64,000 nt of DNA from Cetorhinus maximus (Eukaryota). The notes under the pieces are model-generated. The model did no database searches. It was not told where the DNA came from and saw only the letters and a program-made list of their open reading frames with translations. The position numbers and the translations under genes are program-made. This document shows, piece after piece, positions 27,379 through 42,157 of this stretch (position 1 is the stretch's first letter; each line of letters begins with the position of its first letter). The DNA lies in assembly GCF_964194155.1 (NCBI RefSeq), contig NC_135896.1, forward strand, positions 25,110,001 through 25,174,000, in the 5' to 3' direction.

Positions 27379-28151
27379 CTATTGGTGAAATATTATGAAA
27401 GTCACAGAGCAGGATGACACAGAAATTGTCACAATATACAAAAAACCTGAGGTTCAATTATGTAGCCAGTCAAGACATAATGGGGGCCCAGTGAAAATAA
27501 GTTAATTCTTCAAAAACTTGTATGCTTGATAGTATATTTCTCCAAACTCCCTTATTACAGTATCAAATACCGACTTTAATGCTTCTTGCTCAAATAGTTA
27601 AGATGCTACAAAAAACATTAGCTGCGCCTAAACATTTATAAACATAAAATGGATAAAGGTACAGCTAATACAGAATGACTTTTGATGGCTGTGGAAAACT
27701 CTACCACTGGACAGCACAAAGTACTGATGCTCCAGGATGCTGGCTGACTGAGCAGCGGGGTGTAGATTGTGAATTTCCACCATCAGGCAGACTATTAAAA
27801 GGTAACACAGAGCACAGGAAATTATTTTTCCTTAGAGGAAGAAAAAGCAGATTGCCTATCACCCCACTTGTAGCTGTGTAACTATTCATGACCATCTTCA
27901 ACATATCATTGGTGGAAGCCTGGGAGCTGATTGCTTTCTTGTTTCTTCAGGCAGGGAATGGTGCATGCCCCAGGAGACCCAGAGAGACATTCATTCTTGT
28001 TCATTTGTCATTTTTTGAAGCTAACTTTATCAGCTGCAAATGCCTTCATTCATTTACATCCTGGTTCTAATACGTTGAAGAATTTTCATCAATATGTCTA
28101 GAACAATGTGTCCACATTTTAAGCTATTGCCATTTTCAGTTGCATACTTAC

Positions 28152-28442
28152 CTCGATATCCATTTTTTTGGTACTAGGATTGTCTATCAAATATCTCGCT
28201 AGTGTTCCAGGTGTCGTCCTATAAGTGAGGATCACAGAATTTTTGGGGTCCTGACACCACTGTATGAAAAGATCTCGTGAAAACCCACATTCCATGTCAG
28301 ATTGACTGGCTAGTACAACCTTTGGACTGGGTACTCGAGCCAGGTCTGAAAGGCTGTGGCACAAAGAAAGGTGACGAAACTGAAAGGGATTATTTCGTTT
28401 GTCTTCAAAGCATCTCATTAACTTGTCACTCATCCATTCTAC
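28152..28442 (-). CDS. CPSF2: CPSF2 coding exon 7 ([22 protein letters not shown]...PSTKKMDIE), beta-CASP region
   Basis: 291 nt, TAG acceptor, GTAAGT donor. Confidence 0.97.
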
Positions 28443-29391
28443 CTAAAATTAAAGGAAGAACAGACAATATTTAACTGCAGTGTCCTAATTCTAGATCAAC
28501 AAACTTCATAAGAGGTGAGGGTTGCTAACAGCATAAATTAAGCAAAAAGATTGGCTATTGAGGGGAAGTGACATTAACATTTTGACAATAGAATGATTGT
28601 AGACCATTGCAGACAAGAATGCTCCCAAAATACTTCGTTAAAAGATGAAGCAAAAATGCTGGCTAATGGCAGTTGCATTATGTTTTAAAAAAACAACTTC
28701 CAAAATAAGGTTTCCGATTAGAATTTAGATTTTTATAACTAAAGCAAACTGGTCACTGCATGCAAGTATTACAAAGAAACATAATACTTAAGACAAAGCC
28801 TAGTTATTGTGGGAAAATTTAAGAAGTGGGAGTCAAATCGGTTTATAAGCAAATGCTGAGTTGCTGGAGCAAAACATCTATATATCCAAATGCAATTCTA
28901 ATTAAAGGATGAAGGCAAGAAATTATTTGCTTTTGCAAAATAATTATCTTCAGTTATGGACACTAACTGAATATTGATAGCAATTTGTTTTTCACATTCC
29001 ACACTAATCAAGTCGTGCCATGTACTCAGAAGCACTGACTTTCAAAATTCTTCAATTGGTATTTAGAGCTAGAAAATACTAAGTATTGCTTACTCTGTTG
29101 GATATATTCACTGACAAGACCTGCTGCTGAAGTCAGTTGAACTATTCATTCCTCAATTTCCAAGCCTAAATTTGGGGTTTTTATAAAGTTGGTGGTAGAT
29201 AGACTTTGTTTTACATTAAAAATTTTCAATGGTTTATACACTTGCCTTTCTAAAAATGTGACAACTTTTATATTTAATTGTGACAATTTTTTTTTAATAA
29301 TGTGAAGAGGGACAAAAACTGAACTTTGAACTAATAAGACTTTTAACCAATTAAACTTTGATTCATTAGTTTGTAAAATCATCAATGGTTA

Positions 29392-29652
<261 letters not shown>

Positions 29653-30357
29653 TTAGCACGAAACAACAATAAATCTTATAATTTGCAGAAATAAAACATA
29701 AATAGGTCACATCTGTGCTAAATACGTAATCCAATTATGGAGTCCAAGGGGCTCCCAATTATGTTCAGATGTGGTTCATGTGCTCATTACTCAACTTGCC
29801 TAAGGTTCAAAGTAACTGCTTCCATACTGGCTTTCACGGAACCAATTGATGCTTTTCCCTATTGCTTGTTACTCTCTCTTTTATGCTCTATTGGTTATCC
29901 CCACGTTTTGCTCCCACTCTCTCCTCCTTCTCTACCACCGATATACTTGGAAAATAAAAGATACCTGCACTTTCAAAAGTTTAACCAGATTTACTCATTT
30001 GAGGTTTCCCTGCTTTTTCCACACAAGTACAACCATATTTTAGATCATTTGGTTTAATCTTACGGAATGTGACCTTCTAGAAAGAAGGGAATTGGGGAAG
30101 TATTAAATCAATATGGGCATTCACCCCAAAGGATTCTGCAAAAGAATGCCAGAGTATTTATATTCTAATCCTGCAGCTTTAAAAATCCACTTCCTACTGA
30201 AATTTAGCACTATGATGCGCAGAAACCATATAGAATTATAATTAATATTCATACTGATAACAGCCCCTTCCACAAAGTGTGTTTACAGTTTTGGTAATGC
30301 CCTTAGTTAAGGTTTGACTAACTTTTTTTTATGCATATATACATTTGTAACAATGTT

Positions 30358-30847
30358 GGGCTGAGTTTTTGTTTTGGTGTCAAACCTCTTACATCAGAAG
30401 CATTCCTGGGTCCCAGCCCCACATCACGTCAGCAACTGATGTGCTACACAATTTTGAATGAGACAGCCAATTAGTGGTCAGAGGACATGCATGTTGTCCA
30501 CTTAAAGATGGTGATGTCCCCCAATGTAGGGGGGTCAACAGGAGGCCCTCCAGCACTGAGAATACAGCAGGCCCACCATCAGAGGTGAGCGCTGTCAATG
30601 AAGGTAGGTGTGGGGGTTAGCTTGGGCTAAAATGATGCTACAGCAGTGGCCTCAAAACAGCAGCTTTAAAAGGCTCTTTAATTGCCTTAATAGACTACCT
30701 AGACTGCTTGCGGACAGGTAGATGTCACCACCCCGCCCCAAACCAGCCAATGCAAAAATGCCAGCAAACTGGTACATCGCTCTCCGACACCGATTTTCCA
30801 ACCCTCCTGCCTTCAGCCTCACTTCCGTGATTTGAAAATTCTGTCCC
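30358..30847. mobile_element. MITE-like element with imperfect TIRs
   Basis: GGGCTGAGTTTT...AAAATTCTGTCCC bounding a GC-richer segment. Confidence 0.4.
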
Positions 30848-31769
30848 TTATCTTCATCCTTACTTGCAGAGGCAAAGTAATGCCAGTTCAAGTTATATTG
30901 GCTAATATAAACAGAAGCACTTGACAAGCTTTAGATGCAAACCTAGATTGAATTGGTTTCAAATTATGCTTTTGTTGCATGTATAAGTAAATTAAATGTC
31001 AAACATGATGGTGCAAAGAAACTATAACAGCAATTGCAAAATCAAATCAAGCTGGGTATGGGGTTTTACTTAACTGAAGGTGGTTATACCAGTCCTGCTC
31101 TGTTAAAGGTGACCAGACATAACCAAGAGTCCAGTTGCCCTCCTGTTCATTGTTATCTTCAAGAAATCTATCCGTTAATTAGTAATTCCTCTTGCCTATC
31201 CACTGATAATCTCTCCCTTGCCTTGCAAAAGTCAGGAGGCCCTGCTTGCTATGTCAGCAAGCAACTCTGGAAATTATGTACGGCACTGTACAACTTCTAA
31301 CTGGAAAACTAGAAACCAGTACCATAATTTAGTTGGAATAAGAACCAGCAATCAGGAGACACATCCTGGTCAGAAATGAGTGCGGATGAGAAAGTGGTTG
31401 GGGGTTATCCAGATTCATAACATGCCAGAAGGGGAAACATGAAGGAGGGAATTGGTAATTTCAGATGCCAGTAAAACAATGGCAGCCACAAATAATGGCC
31501 CTGGTCTTCTGGGTCCAATAGCAGTGAACAGTGGGCTGCATTGGAAGTTCCAAGCAGCCAACTTACGCTGGAACCTCAAAATTCCAGTTCACCAGAAACA
31601 GCTCTGAGGAAGGCTGATGGTCCCGCCGCGATCTGTCAGTGAGTAAATTTGACTGTTGGCAGGGACTTAGCTACATTTTTAATGGTGATTTATTTAGGAA
31701 TAGCAGGTGTAGTGCCGGCTAAGAGCAGCCCTTTAAATCAGGAGGAAAGTCTGTACGATTCTGTTACCT

Positions 31770-32300
31770 CCAGTGCTGCTCACCAGCCCACCAACCATCA
31801 CCCCAGGTTCACATACTTCCCTCCACGCCACCTGGCTCACACCATCCTCCCCGCACTGGTACTTGCAGCTGACCACCACCAACCACATCACTGTCAACCC
31901 CAGATCTCACACATCCTGTCACCCCACCATGCACACCCCCAGCTTAACACCCCACTACTCTCAGCCCCGACTAACATGCCCCCACTGGTACCCCCGGCTC
32001 ACCACCCCCAACCCACACCCTAGCTTACCAACAGCCCCACAGCCCTTTACTGGCACCCCATTTTCACCACCCACACTCACCCCTGGCTCACTCCCATCAC
32101 GCATTCCTACGTTACCCCCTCCCTGTCAACCCTGGCTCCTTAGTTCCGGCGATGTCAGACCTGAGCCAAGAGTGTCATTGGGGGATTGAGTGGAGATGGC
32201 GGGGGGACCGGAGGCGAGTGTGTTGGGAGGGGGGAGGGGGAATGAGCAGCTATAGGAGTGTGGAGGGTGAGCAACACCAGGCCTGTGGTGCGGGGTTGAG
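31770..32300. repeat. C/A-rich low-complexity tract followed by a G-rich tract, probably the interior of a repeat
   Basis: Recurrent CACCC/CTGGCTCAC words; strong strand skew. Confidence 0.5.
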
Positions 32301-32887
32301 AGCAAGAATGAAAATTTGATTATAAATTAGGCGTAAAGCACTTGGAAACATTGAACTGAAGGCAGGTCTCAAAGGTGTGCCATCAGCTCATGACGACAAA
32401 GGGAACATATTTTTCCTTCAACTATGCCTCATATCTCCCTTCAGCAATTGGTCCATGCTGCAGTCGAGAGAGGGATTCTCGCTGCAGCTGATGAAAAAGG
32501 TAACAACGCAATTTAAAATGCAGTCAGCAGCATAAACCACAGCTTCATCAATGACAGGAAAATCTGAGTCACTAAGTTTCCTCGGAGAGGGAAAGGGAGA
32601 GAACTAGATTTCCCACCATACAATGTATTTTTTTAAATCCTCAAATTTACAGTTTAATAAAAAAGCAAAATAACGTTGATTTCATGATGATGTGAATGCT
32701 CACGTAATTAATGATTCAGAAATGTACCAGAACAAGTAGAAAACATACACCTTGAAAATGATCCCTTATATCCGTTCCAACTATGTTTGAAAGCACAGGA
32801 AGATTTAAACTGAGCTACAGCTGTTACTTGAATGTGACAATGGTACTGGTCTTTGTTTGATGTAAGCCTGCCAAATCTATACCATCA

Positions 32888-33040
<153 letters not shown>

Positions 33041-33686
33041 TTAGCTTTAAGTAGTGCCCTTAGCAATTACTTTTGAAACCAGCTTCACCAAGGGTCCATG
33101 CACATATTTTCCCGTGAAGTTATTAGCAATATACTGCAAAGTTCAAATATTTCAGACTTTGTGTTGGAAACCTGTAGAAGATCCATGCATATTAAAACAG
33201 TGCAGCACATAAACATTACTATTTTTGCACAGCACAGACTTTGTGGAGTAAAAGGTCAGATTAAAAAAGTAAACAAAGAAATAATTCTAGTGCTTATGAT
33301 TTTTGACAAACATAAGTTAAGGTTTAATATAATTTCTTAAACTGCAGATCACTTAATATTGCATCTTCCTTCTGGGCAAATTATTTTTTTTCTCCTAAAC
33401 TCTCAGTTTGCTTCCAATATGTACACTTTCAAAGGAATCAAAACATAAATGGGTATATATGACAAGAATGGAGGGGTCTGGAGAAATGGTGAAGTGATCT
33501 GACCTGTACCACATAGGTATGTACCTTTATCACTGTTTATTATTGAAAGCATACTCTTCCATGTGCAGCTGTGTCAGTGTTTCTTCAGAAGATGCTGATG
33601 ATCTTACTCCCTGGTGCTGTACATGGGTTTTTACAATAATTAAATGCTGCATACCACTGCTGAGCCAAAACTAGCAATGTTACTCA

Positions 33687-33848
<162 letters not shown>

Positions 33849-34736
33849 TCAGCATACAAGTGTGAAAGATACCAGCTCACATATTATATTTTAAAATATT
33901 CATTGCAACAGAATTTTATTACAGTCCTTGCGGGTACATAACTAAAGATGTGCCTCCAGCGTGTGCACAAAACATAAGACCCAAGGCTTGACAGAGATTA
34001 AGCCTCATTGTAACAATAGTTGTGAGCTGCCAACTCCTGTCACGCTTCCAGAGACAGCTCGCCCATTTACCGGGGTCCAAGTTGGGCCAACTGCCTCAGT
34101 GAAGGGAATTTCCATAACTCCTGTGTTAGTGCCAGGGGGAAAATGGGAGGCAAATGCAGAAAGGACTGGTAGCATTCCAAGTATGGTAGAACCAGTATTC
34201 TTGCTCCTCTGGCTCCAGGTCAAAGTAAGAATATTAAAAACTTAAATTTTTAATACCATCTTCAGTCATCTCCTGAAGGACTACTGGATATTCCACTTGT
34301 ATTCAGTGCTATCAAATTTGCTGGTGGACTCCTGAATCTCATTTAGAAATGCACGGAGCCTAATGCCCATTTCAGGTGGGCACTTCAGATGTCTGGAAAG
34401 CCTTCTCCACCAGTATGTCTGCACCCATGTCCCAGGCACAAATCAGGTGGGGAACACTACCCTGAAATCGGTCTGCGTTGCCCCATTTTGTGCCTGTGGA
34501 ACAAGGACAATTTTATGAACCAATTCAAAAACCCGTTTAGATTATTTTTTTCAATTATATTCTACCTTTTTGGGGATGGAGGGAGAGCAAGAGAAGGAGT
34601 CTTTTGTGTTCTGTATAATTCCCCAGCCAAGAAGTAAGAAAGTCTCAGATCTATGATAATACTCCACTGTAACTCAACAACAGATGTTGTGCTGAAGTAG
34701 ACTGAGTAGACTCGAACCAATTTTACGTCCCACCCT

Positions 34737-35150
34737 CAGGTATCAGCTATAGCTGTTGTAGTATTCTTGCCTCTGCGTCAGAGGTCATGGGTTCAAGCCC
34801 CACTCCAGAAACTGGAGCACAAAATCTAGGCTGTCACTTCATGCAGTATTAGTGTTGCAAAAATGGAGGTGCTATCTTTCACATACTACTTTAAAACTTG
34901 GCATGGTCTGTCCTCTCAGGTGGATGCAAAAGATCCCCTGGCACTATTCGAAGAGTTTTCCCTGGAGTCCTGGTCAATATCTCTCAAAAAAAAAAATTAT
35001 CTGGTCATTATCTCATTGCTGTTTATGGGACCTTGCTGTGTGCAATTTGGATTGCTTATCCTACATTACAACAGTGACGATGTTTCAAAAGTACTTAATA
35101 GGATGTAGTGTTTTGGGGCATCTTGAGGTCATGAAAAACACTATATAAAT
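34737..35150 (+). mobile_element. Near full-length Deu-domain tRNA SINE (SacSINE1/AmnSINE-like)
   Basis: tRNA head (B box GGTTCAAGCCC), central CAGGTGGATGCAAAAGATCCC...TTGCTGTTTATGGGACCTTGCTGTG, tail ACTATATAAAT; partial copies at 43190-43360, 44330-44490, 55450-55730. Confidence 0.7.
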
Positions 35151-35381
35151 TTTCTATCTTTCTCAGGTGAAGCAGGTATATGACGTACCTTCAAGCAATC
35201 CAGCTGAAATTGAAAATGCATGTAGGCACAGGACATGGATGCATGAATTCCTAAGTTATCCACCTACTGCAGCACACTGGCATCAACCCACATCACCAAT
35301 GTAAATTTCCCACTGTTTCATGGATCTATGTTAATAAATACAACATCTGGATCCCTATCCATGTTCTGTTTCTGGTCATAC

Positions 35382-35487
35382 CTTTTAAATTGACAATCTG
35401 GGAATATTTCAGTTGCTGAATCTTGTCAAATGCTGCATCCACATCATCCAAAGTAAACAGGGAAAACTCTTCTGTGTTGTGCCGAGA
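35382..35487 (-). CDS. CPSF2: CPSF2 coding exon 3 ([35 protein letters not shown])
   Basis: 106 nt, AAG acceptor, GTATG donor, phase consistent. Confidence 0.96.
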
Positions 35488-35796
35488 CTTGTAAGAAGAA
35501 ATTAAATCAATTTAGAATTTTCCAGTATCAAATTAAATTATGAGCTTAATATCATAATTATGAAAATGAACTAGAATAAACATACATTCTTAGGGTTTTA
35601 AATGCTTTTAAAAATTGTTCAAGCCAAAAACAATCATACATAAGGCTGACTAGTAGAGACTTGCTGCAGCTGGCAGCTTCTACGATCACAACAGGAATGC
35701 TGTTACTACCAATATTAAGAGCTCCAGACATTGGCGAACATCAGCAATATTCTTGAAGAAATGGATAAGAACACAGGTTTCTTCCAATTAACTCAC

Positions 35797-35956
35797 CTGA
35801 TAGAGATCATACATAAACATCTGCCCCATCTTGTAAACAGGAATTGTGGCATAAATTGCACAGTTTAAACCCAGCCTCCCAACAGCATAAGGGAGAGCTC
35901 CCAGGTGTAAAGGATCCGGATGAGAAAGTAGGATTGCATCAACCAAATGAACATAT
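35797..35956 (-). CDS. CPSF2: CPSF2 coding exon 2 ([26 protein letters not shown]...YDLYQ)
   Basis: 160 nt, CAG acceptor, GTGAG donor; carries the degenerate metallo-beta-lactamase motif SHPDPLH typical of CPSF100. Confidence 0.97.
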
Positions 35957-37099
35957 CTGCAACAAAAATTGCAATGCATTTTAAGATGGCCACAAGTAAT
36001 TGTCTTCATATCTAATTGATCAATTTACTCAAATAAGTAAAGACAAGAAGTAATTATGAACAACGCACTTTTTAAAATTTTAATCAATAAAATGGCTGCA
36101 GGAAATTTAAGCAACTGCAGATTTGAAGTTTGGGTTTGATATGAAACAAATCTACAAAAATAGTGAAATGAGAAACCTGAAACTGGTTAGTTTCTTTTAA
36201 AAATAATTGAACGATTTTTGAACCAAGGTTTCTCTAAATTTCTGATAAATGTAAAGGATTAAGTTTTACATGACACAATGTACCATGTGATATATTGAAC
36301 AAAACAGGCCACTGGAAATTCTGTTTGAGCCCTGGGGATGGGTTAAGGATTTTAGAGAAATTTAAGATTTGAGTCCACGGAGGCACCAGGGCCTCATTGA
36401 AATATTAAATGATTATGGATAAAGTATACCCAGATTCTGACGTCAAGTTAAAACAAGAAAATAAAACCCAAGAACGTAAATTAGAATCAATGAAAAGCAA
36501 CTTCCAAGTGGACGTAAAGATTTTTTTAAACTTGAAAGTCATTGTTATAGTCTAATGAGCAAGGCCATAGATTTTTTAAAAATTTGGTTTTATTGAAAGT
36601 GTAATTAGATGGAGGTTTTAATAAACAAAGGGGGTGAATTTCAATAAAGTGAATGATCTTTTTGTATCTCTAACTTTTCTTATGTTCAACGATCTCTGAA
36701 AGAAGCTATGTCTGGAAAATAGACAAAAACTTGTATCAGTCTTGACTGTGATGCCCCCTCTAATGATGAATAGACTATAAATAGTTACTGCCTCAGCTGG
36801 AATGTGAAGAATGGTCATTTGGATCAGGTACCAAATGAGTTCTAATATCCTCATATTCACAAAGTTACCAGCCAAAGGTGATGGGGACCTGAGTAGAGCA
36901 TTCAGGCCCTTGATCCTCTTCCATCAGTCAATTAGATTATGGGTGATCTGCACTTCAACTCCATTTACCCACCTTTCCTCTGTATCCCCATATAAATTTA
37001 CCTAATAAGAATCGTGCAATCTCAGATTCCTCCAATAAACCATTGGCAGGACCAAAGCTGTCGCTTTCGGCCCCTGCCACGAACACTGTTCCTAGCCAC

Positions 37100-37650
37100 C
37101 AACTCCATTCCCCTCCATGGACACTGTCTCAGATTGACCCAGATCATTCGCAAAAAAAGCATCCTATTCAATCTTGGGCTGAGCTTCCAACCCTATATCC
37201 TCTCTGGCACTCAAACCATCAACCACCACCTCCATAACATCACCCCGTCTCCACGCCTACCACAGTCTAATTACTGCTGAAACCCTCATCCACGCTTTTG
37301 TTACAGATTGAACTATTACAATGCTTTCCTGACCAGCCTCCCATCTTCCAATCTCTAAACTTGAGTTTGTCCAAAACTCTGCTGCCTCTGTTTTAACACA
37401 CGAGGCTATGCTCTCCCATCACCGCTGTGTTCACCAACCTACAATGGCACCTGGCCCAGCTATACCTCAATTTAAAATTCTCATCCTTATGTCCAAACCT
37501 CCCTAGGGCCTAACTCATTCCTATCTCTGTAACCTCCTCCAGCTCTACAATCCTCCCAGAATTTTGCATTCTTCCAACTATGGTTTTTATGCATTCCCGA
37601 TTTCTTTCACACCGCCATTGCAGGCCATGTTTTCAGCTATCTAGCTATAA
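37100..37650 (+). mobile_element. L2 LINE 3' fragment
   Basis: AETLIHAFV...LNYYNAFL-like remnant, similar to 46070-46625. Confidence 0.7.
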
Positions 37651-37679
37651 ATTAAATCATAACAATAATATTTTGCTTA

Positions 37680-37838
<159 letters not shown>

Positions 37839-38142
37839 TCAAATAAACAATCAGCACTGGCAAAGTTGAAAAAGATGTCAACACACATAAATAGAATTTA
37901 TACAGAATTTAAATAGAAACAAAATAATGTCACTGACAAAGTGACATCACCTTTGGAGATCAATGAAAAAAAAATTACATAGGAATATATCGAATATACG
38001 GCACAGAATCTGACTATTCGGCCCAACTAGTCCATGCAGTATTAATGCTCCGCTTGAACCACCTCCCTCATCAAAATCTATCACTGTAACCCTTTATGCC
38101 CTTCTACCTCATATGCTCATCTAGCTTCCCCTTAAATGCATC

Positions 38143-38314
38143 CAAGGCCTGTGCAACCACGAGGAAACTAGGCAGTTGTCTAGAGCGGCAAAATTTAGGG
38201 GTGTGCAAAAAAAACTCAATGAACTACTCATGAAACCAAATAAGTAACAAACAGACTTCAGGAGTGGCAATGAACTGTTCACCCATAGCACCTAATACTC
38301 TTGCGCTGGCCCTG
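38143..38314. mobile_element. Non-autonomous hAT-type DNA transposon (172 bp) with 8-bp TSD
   Basis: TIRs CAAGGCCTGTGCAA / TTGCGCTGGCCCTG (11/14 match); AATGCATC at 38135-38142 and 38315-38322. Confidence 0.8.
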
Positions 38315-38840
38315 AATGCATCTACACTATTCACTTCAACCACTATTATCTATTTCTTGAATTCAGCAGATAATTTTTAAAGTAATTTATTCTTAATTAA
38401 GTTATCTTAACCAAGATATCTTTCAGGCTCAGTTTAATGGTTGATGTGGTGCCACACAGGCTTGCACTTCTTACAGATTATTGAACATGTGAAGCTGCTA
38501 AATTTCATTTGCCGTTACTTCTTCCATCTTCCTAAAAGATTCAAATTTTCTTTCTGGGTGAGCTCTGTCACGCAGGAAGGGGGCTGGTGAAATTAGGCCC
38601 TAACAGGCATATTGGGTACAAAAGCTGGTTAAAGAGAATGGTGAACTGTGCTTGCTGCCCATAAGGTAACTTGTCAAATCTCTATAGCATAACCTTCCAT
38701 TTACTTGGCACTTTTTCCATTTGTTTATATCATTCCTACAATGGGCTACCCACCCTGCATACCAGACCTTGTCAAGGTTCAACATTATCTCCTGCTTTGT
38801 CTTCTGTACCTCTAGGTATATAAAGGATTTTTTTTAACCA

Positions 38841-38970
38841 GGGCCAGGATTTTACTGCCCTTTCGCTTGCGTGTCTCCCCCTGGCAGATGCGGTGAGCCA
38901 TTTCAATCTCCATTCAGTTCGGTGGGACCGTAATATCCCGCCAGGCAAGCGAGGCTGTAAATACTAGCCC
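38841..38970. mobile_element. MITE-like element (family of 26564-26680)
   Basis: GGGCCAGGATTTTAC...GTAAATACTAGCCC. Confidence 0.6.
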
Positions 38971-39806
38971 ATACCTTCTTGTGCTGTAACCTTTAGTCAC
39001 CCAAGTGACTCCAACACAAATTCCAACATTCCTCTATTCAAATCCTACTATTTGAAGTGTATTTCCATTCCTTTTTCTTACTTCCAAAATTTATTGCTTC
39101 ACATTTTTCTACATTGCACTGCATCTGCCACCTATCCATCTCGCTAATCTATGACCTTCTGCAGACTTTCACAATCCTCGCCATTATTTGCCGTGTCCTC
39201 CATTTTGCTGTCATTGGCATATTTGATTTTCTTCCCTAATTTCTGTTCAGATCATTTGTACATATAGTAAATTTGAAAAACCTCAATACAGACCCATGTT
39301 TCATGTTTATTAATCATTAGGCTTTATATAAAATAAATAGCTTTATTGTAAGCCATAGCTTCCTCATCCTCATAAAATTCCACATTACCATTGAGTTATA
39401 AATATTGTATAGAAAGCGTAACAAAAAAGATCTAATTACCAGATTGCCAACATAATATTAGATTTCCTTCGCCCACTATCTGTTGCCACTGTGCACCCTC
39501 AAATTCCTCATGTTCATTATCCAACCTCCCTCCCTACACACCATCTGCCCCCACACCCCCTCCACAACTTCCGCCAGCAGCCTTTTTCTTCAATTGTCAC
39601 CATTAGTACTTATCTTCCACCAAAGCAGGAATCCTAATCCCGCCTTTTTACCCTATTCCCTTACCTCCCTTTCCTTTAACCACCTTAAGTGTTGACGCTG
39701 TCACTTCTGCAAACTGCAATTCTGGTAGTATATTTCACAGCCTAACAAACCTCTGTGCAAAAGGTTTCTCCTGTCGGCTCCTCCAAATCTCTTACATTTA
39801 ATTAAT

Positions 39807-40502
39807 CGTTATGACCACAGCAGATGTTAATTGCTGAGCAAACCAAATCCCAGAGGGAAACTTGGCTTACAGGCCATATCCTTTTTCTTTATATTCTTAA
39901 AATGAGAAGAGAACATACTGATCTCAGCAGCAAGAAGTCCTGTAACACTTTTGTGATTTTAAAATTTAAAAATAAAAGCTTTATTAACAAGAAGAAAACT
40001 TAAGCACACAAGATTACACTTACATAGTTAAAATTAAATTTTACAAAACATTCCCTCAAAAGACTCCCTACTTGGTCAGACCCACAAGTAAACACCTTCC
40101 AGGCAATACTCCCTCATAGAAGTTAACTATAAAACCTTTCATGTTTTTATTTTGTCTCTGCTTTCAGGTCAATAAAATGTAACATACCCTCTTTTGTTTA
40201 CCCATGGAATTGCTGTAAGATGCAAAAATATTTTTTATCACCTGACTTCCCTTTGATATTCAAACAAACTCAACTTTTCTAAAAATGCAAACGCTAGATC
40301 CAACCTATTTACTTGTACTTCAAGCCACCATAATATTTCATTACAAATGCACAACCTAACGCCTCTATCGTTTCATGTCTTGAACCTCCCAGACAATCTG
40401 TCTCTAGTAGCCTTTCCCCAGCTTAGTTAAAATATTTACAAATACAGAGCCTTCTTCACAGAATAACACCATATTCTCCAACAAATATTTTTAAAAATAA
40501 CA
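39807..40502. mobile_element. Possible solo LTR interrupting a CR1 tail
   Basis: CGTTAT...ATAACA termini (TGTTAT...ATAACA with one change); CR1-like sequence on both sides; no clean TSD. Confidence 0.35.
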
Positions 40503-40688
40503 TCCACTCTCACATAATCTATATTCCCTCCTTATGGATCACCCAATCACTGGAGATAGTCTGTTCCTAACCCTCACAGAATAACACCATATTCTCCAAA
40601 AATATTTTTTAAAATAACATCCATTCTCACATAATCTATATCCCCTCCTTATGAATCACCCAATCACTGGAAATAGTCTGTTCCTAAC
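40456..40688. repeat. Tandem duplication, period 118 bp, two copies
   Basis: TCACAGAATAACACCATATTCTCCAA...ATAGTCTGTTCCTAAC at 40456 and 40574. Confidence 0.9.
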
Positions 40689-42157
40689 TATTGTGAACTA
40701 TCCCTTCATTATTTTAAACCTTTGTATCGAATTACTCTAATTTCATCTGTTCTAATTAATCAGTCTCAAATATAATGTTTTTCTTTGCATTTCTACTTCT
40801 TCATACAGAGCAGCTTTCAAGTGATTCTGCACACACTCTTTCCACACTGAAGCACACAATACTCCAATTTTAACTTTCATAATCTACATCATTTGCCACA
40901 AAACCAAGTATTGTTAGATTCTTACAGTCTTATCCATTAGAGATGCTGCTTTTAACCAAAACCCACACAAATCTTTCTAATCTTCCACATCTCAATCTTC
41001 ACCCAAAGTAAATGTACCACCTGCACCTGCATCAAATTCCATTTGCCATTTTTTTGCAGCTCTGCCATCTTATCAATTTCCCCTTGCAGCTTTCTTTGGT
41101 CCTCAGATTTACTATGCCTTCTATTTTTGTAGTTTGCTAACCTGGACTCTATTCTCTTCAAAGTATCCTGTGTGGCCCTTGTCCTTTCACATCACATCCA
41201 TTGCCTGTCCCCATTCACACTGTCACCTCCTCAAAGGACTGTTTCCCAAGCACAATCTTTCTTTCTGAAATCCATACTGGGTCCTTCTAATTATTTTTTC
41301 TCCATATATAATTCAGAAAAATGGCACACTTCTGCTGTTTTTTTGTCTTTTTCCCTGTTGCCTTCCCTTTCATATTTGTCACAATCCTTCCAGACCCTCT
41401 TGATCTCAGTTTCATAAACAAGACTCATAAACAAGTAACCAAGACTCAAAACCCTCATCCCAATCTGACCACTAAATATGTGCATAATGCTCTTTTTCCA
41501 GAAAAAATAAGTAGGTTTTTTTATACTATATCCTTTTTTACAGCAGAGGCTAAGAATGAGACTTCGTACTTGACAGAAAATGCAACTTTGGCTTTAAGGG
41601 TACAAGTTTTAAATCAGTCTGTGTACGAAGTCCCATTGTGTAACATGCATCAATTTGAGGGGGAAATTAGAATTCTATCGTGAACAACTCATGTGTTGTG
41701 AGTTGTGAATTCTGTATCATGTGCATAATACTGGTTGCGTTTTCCAAGAATATCGTACAAATTTGGTCTGGGTGCTCCTGCATGCTGCTGAAAATGTTCT
41801 CATCTTAACCATGGTAAAGGAATAACAAACTATTGTACTTTCATGTTGATGACTCTAATAAACTAGAAGCAAATCGCATGTCAACTGTGGACTGGAAGAT
41901 TTACTGTGTAAGACTAAAAGAGGAGAACGAGCGGAGTTTTGTTGTCTCCATGTCTATGAATTTGAAAGTTTTTGGAAGGGGATTATCAATGAACAAAAGG
42001 AATGAAACAGGTTAGATCAGGGGGTGGGGGTCTCTATAATCCCAACCCCCCACCACCACCCATTTCTGATGTTTCTCAGTATTTAATCTTTAAATCCACC
42101 CCATAAACACAAACCATTTCAATTAAGAGAAAGTTGACTGCTCTCTATAAAACATAC

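Noticed and set aside
31649-32189. Pro/His/Thr-rich ORFs of 124-138 aa
   Set aside because: By-product of C-rich low-complexity sequence antisense in a CPSF2 intron; no splice or homology support.
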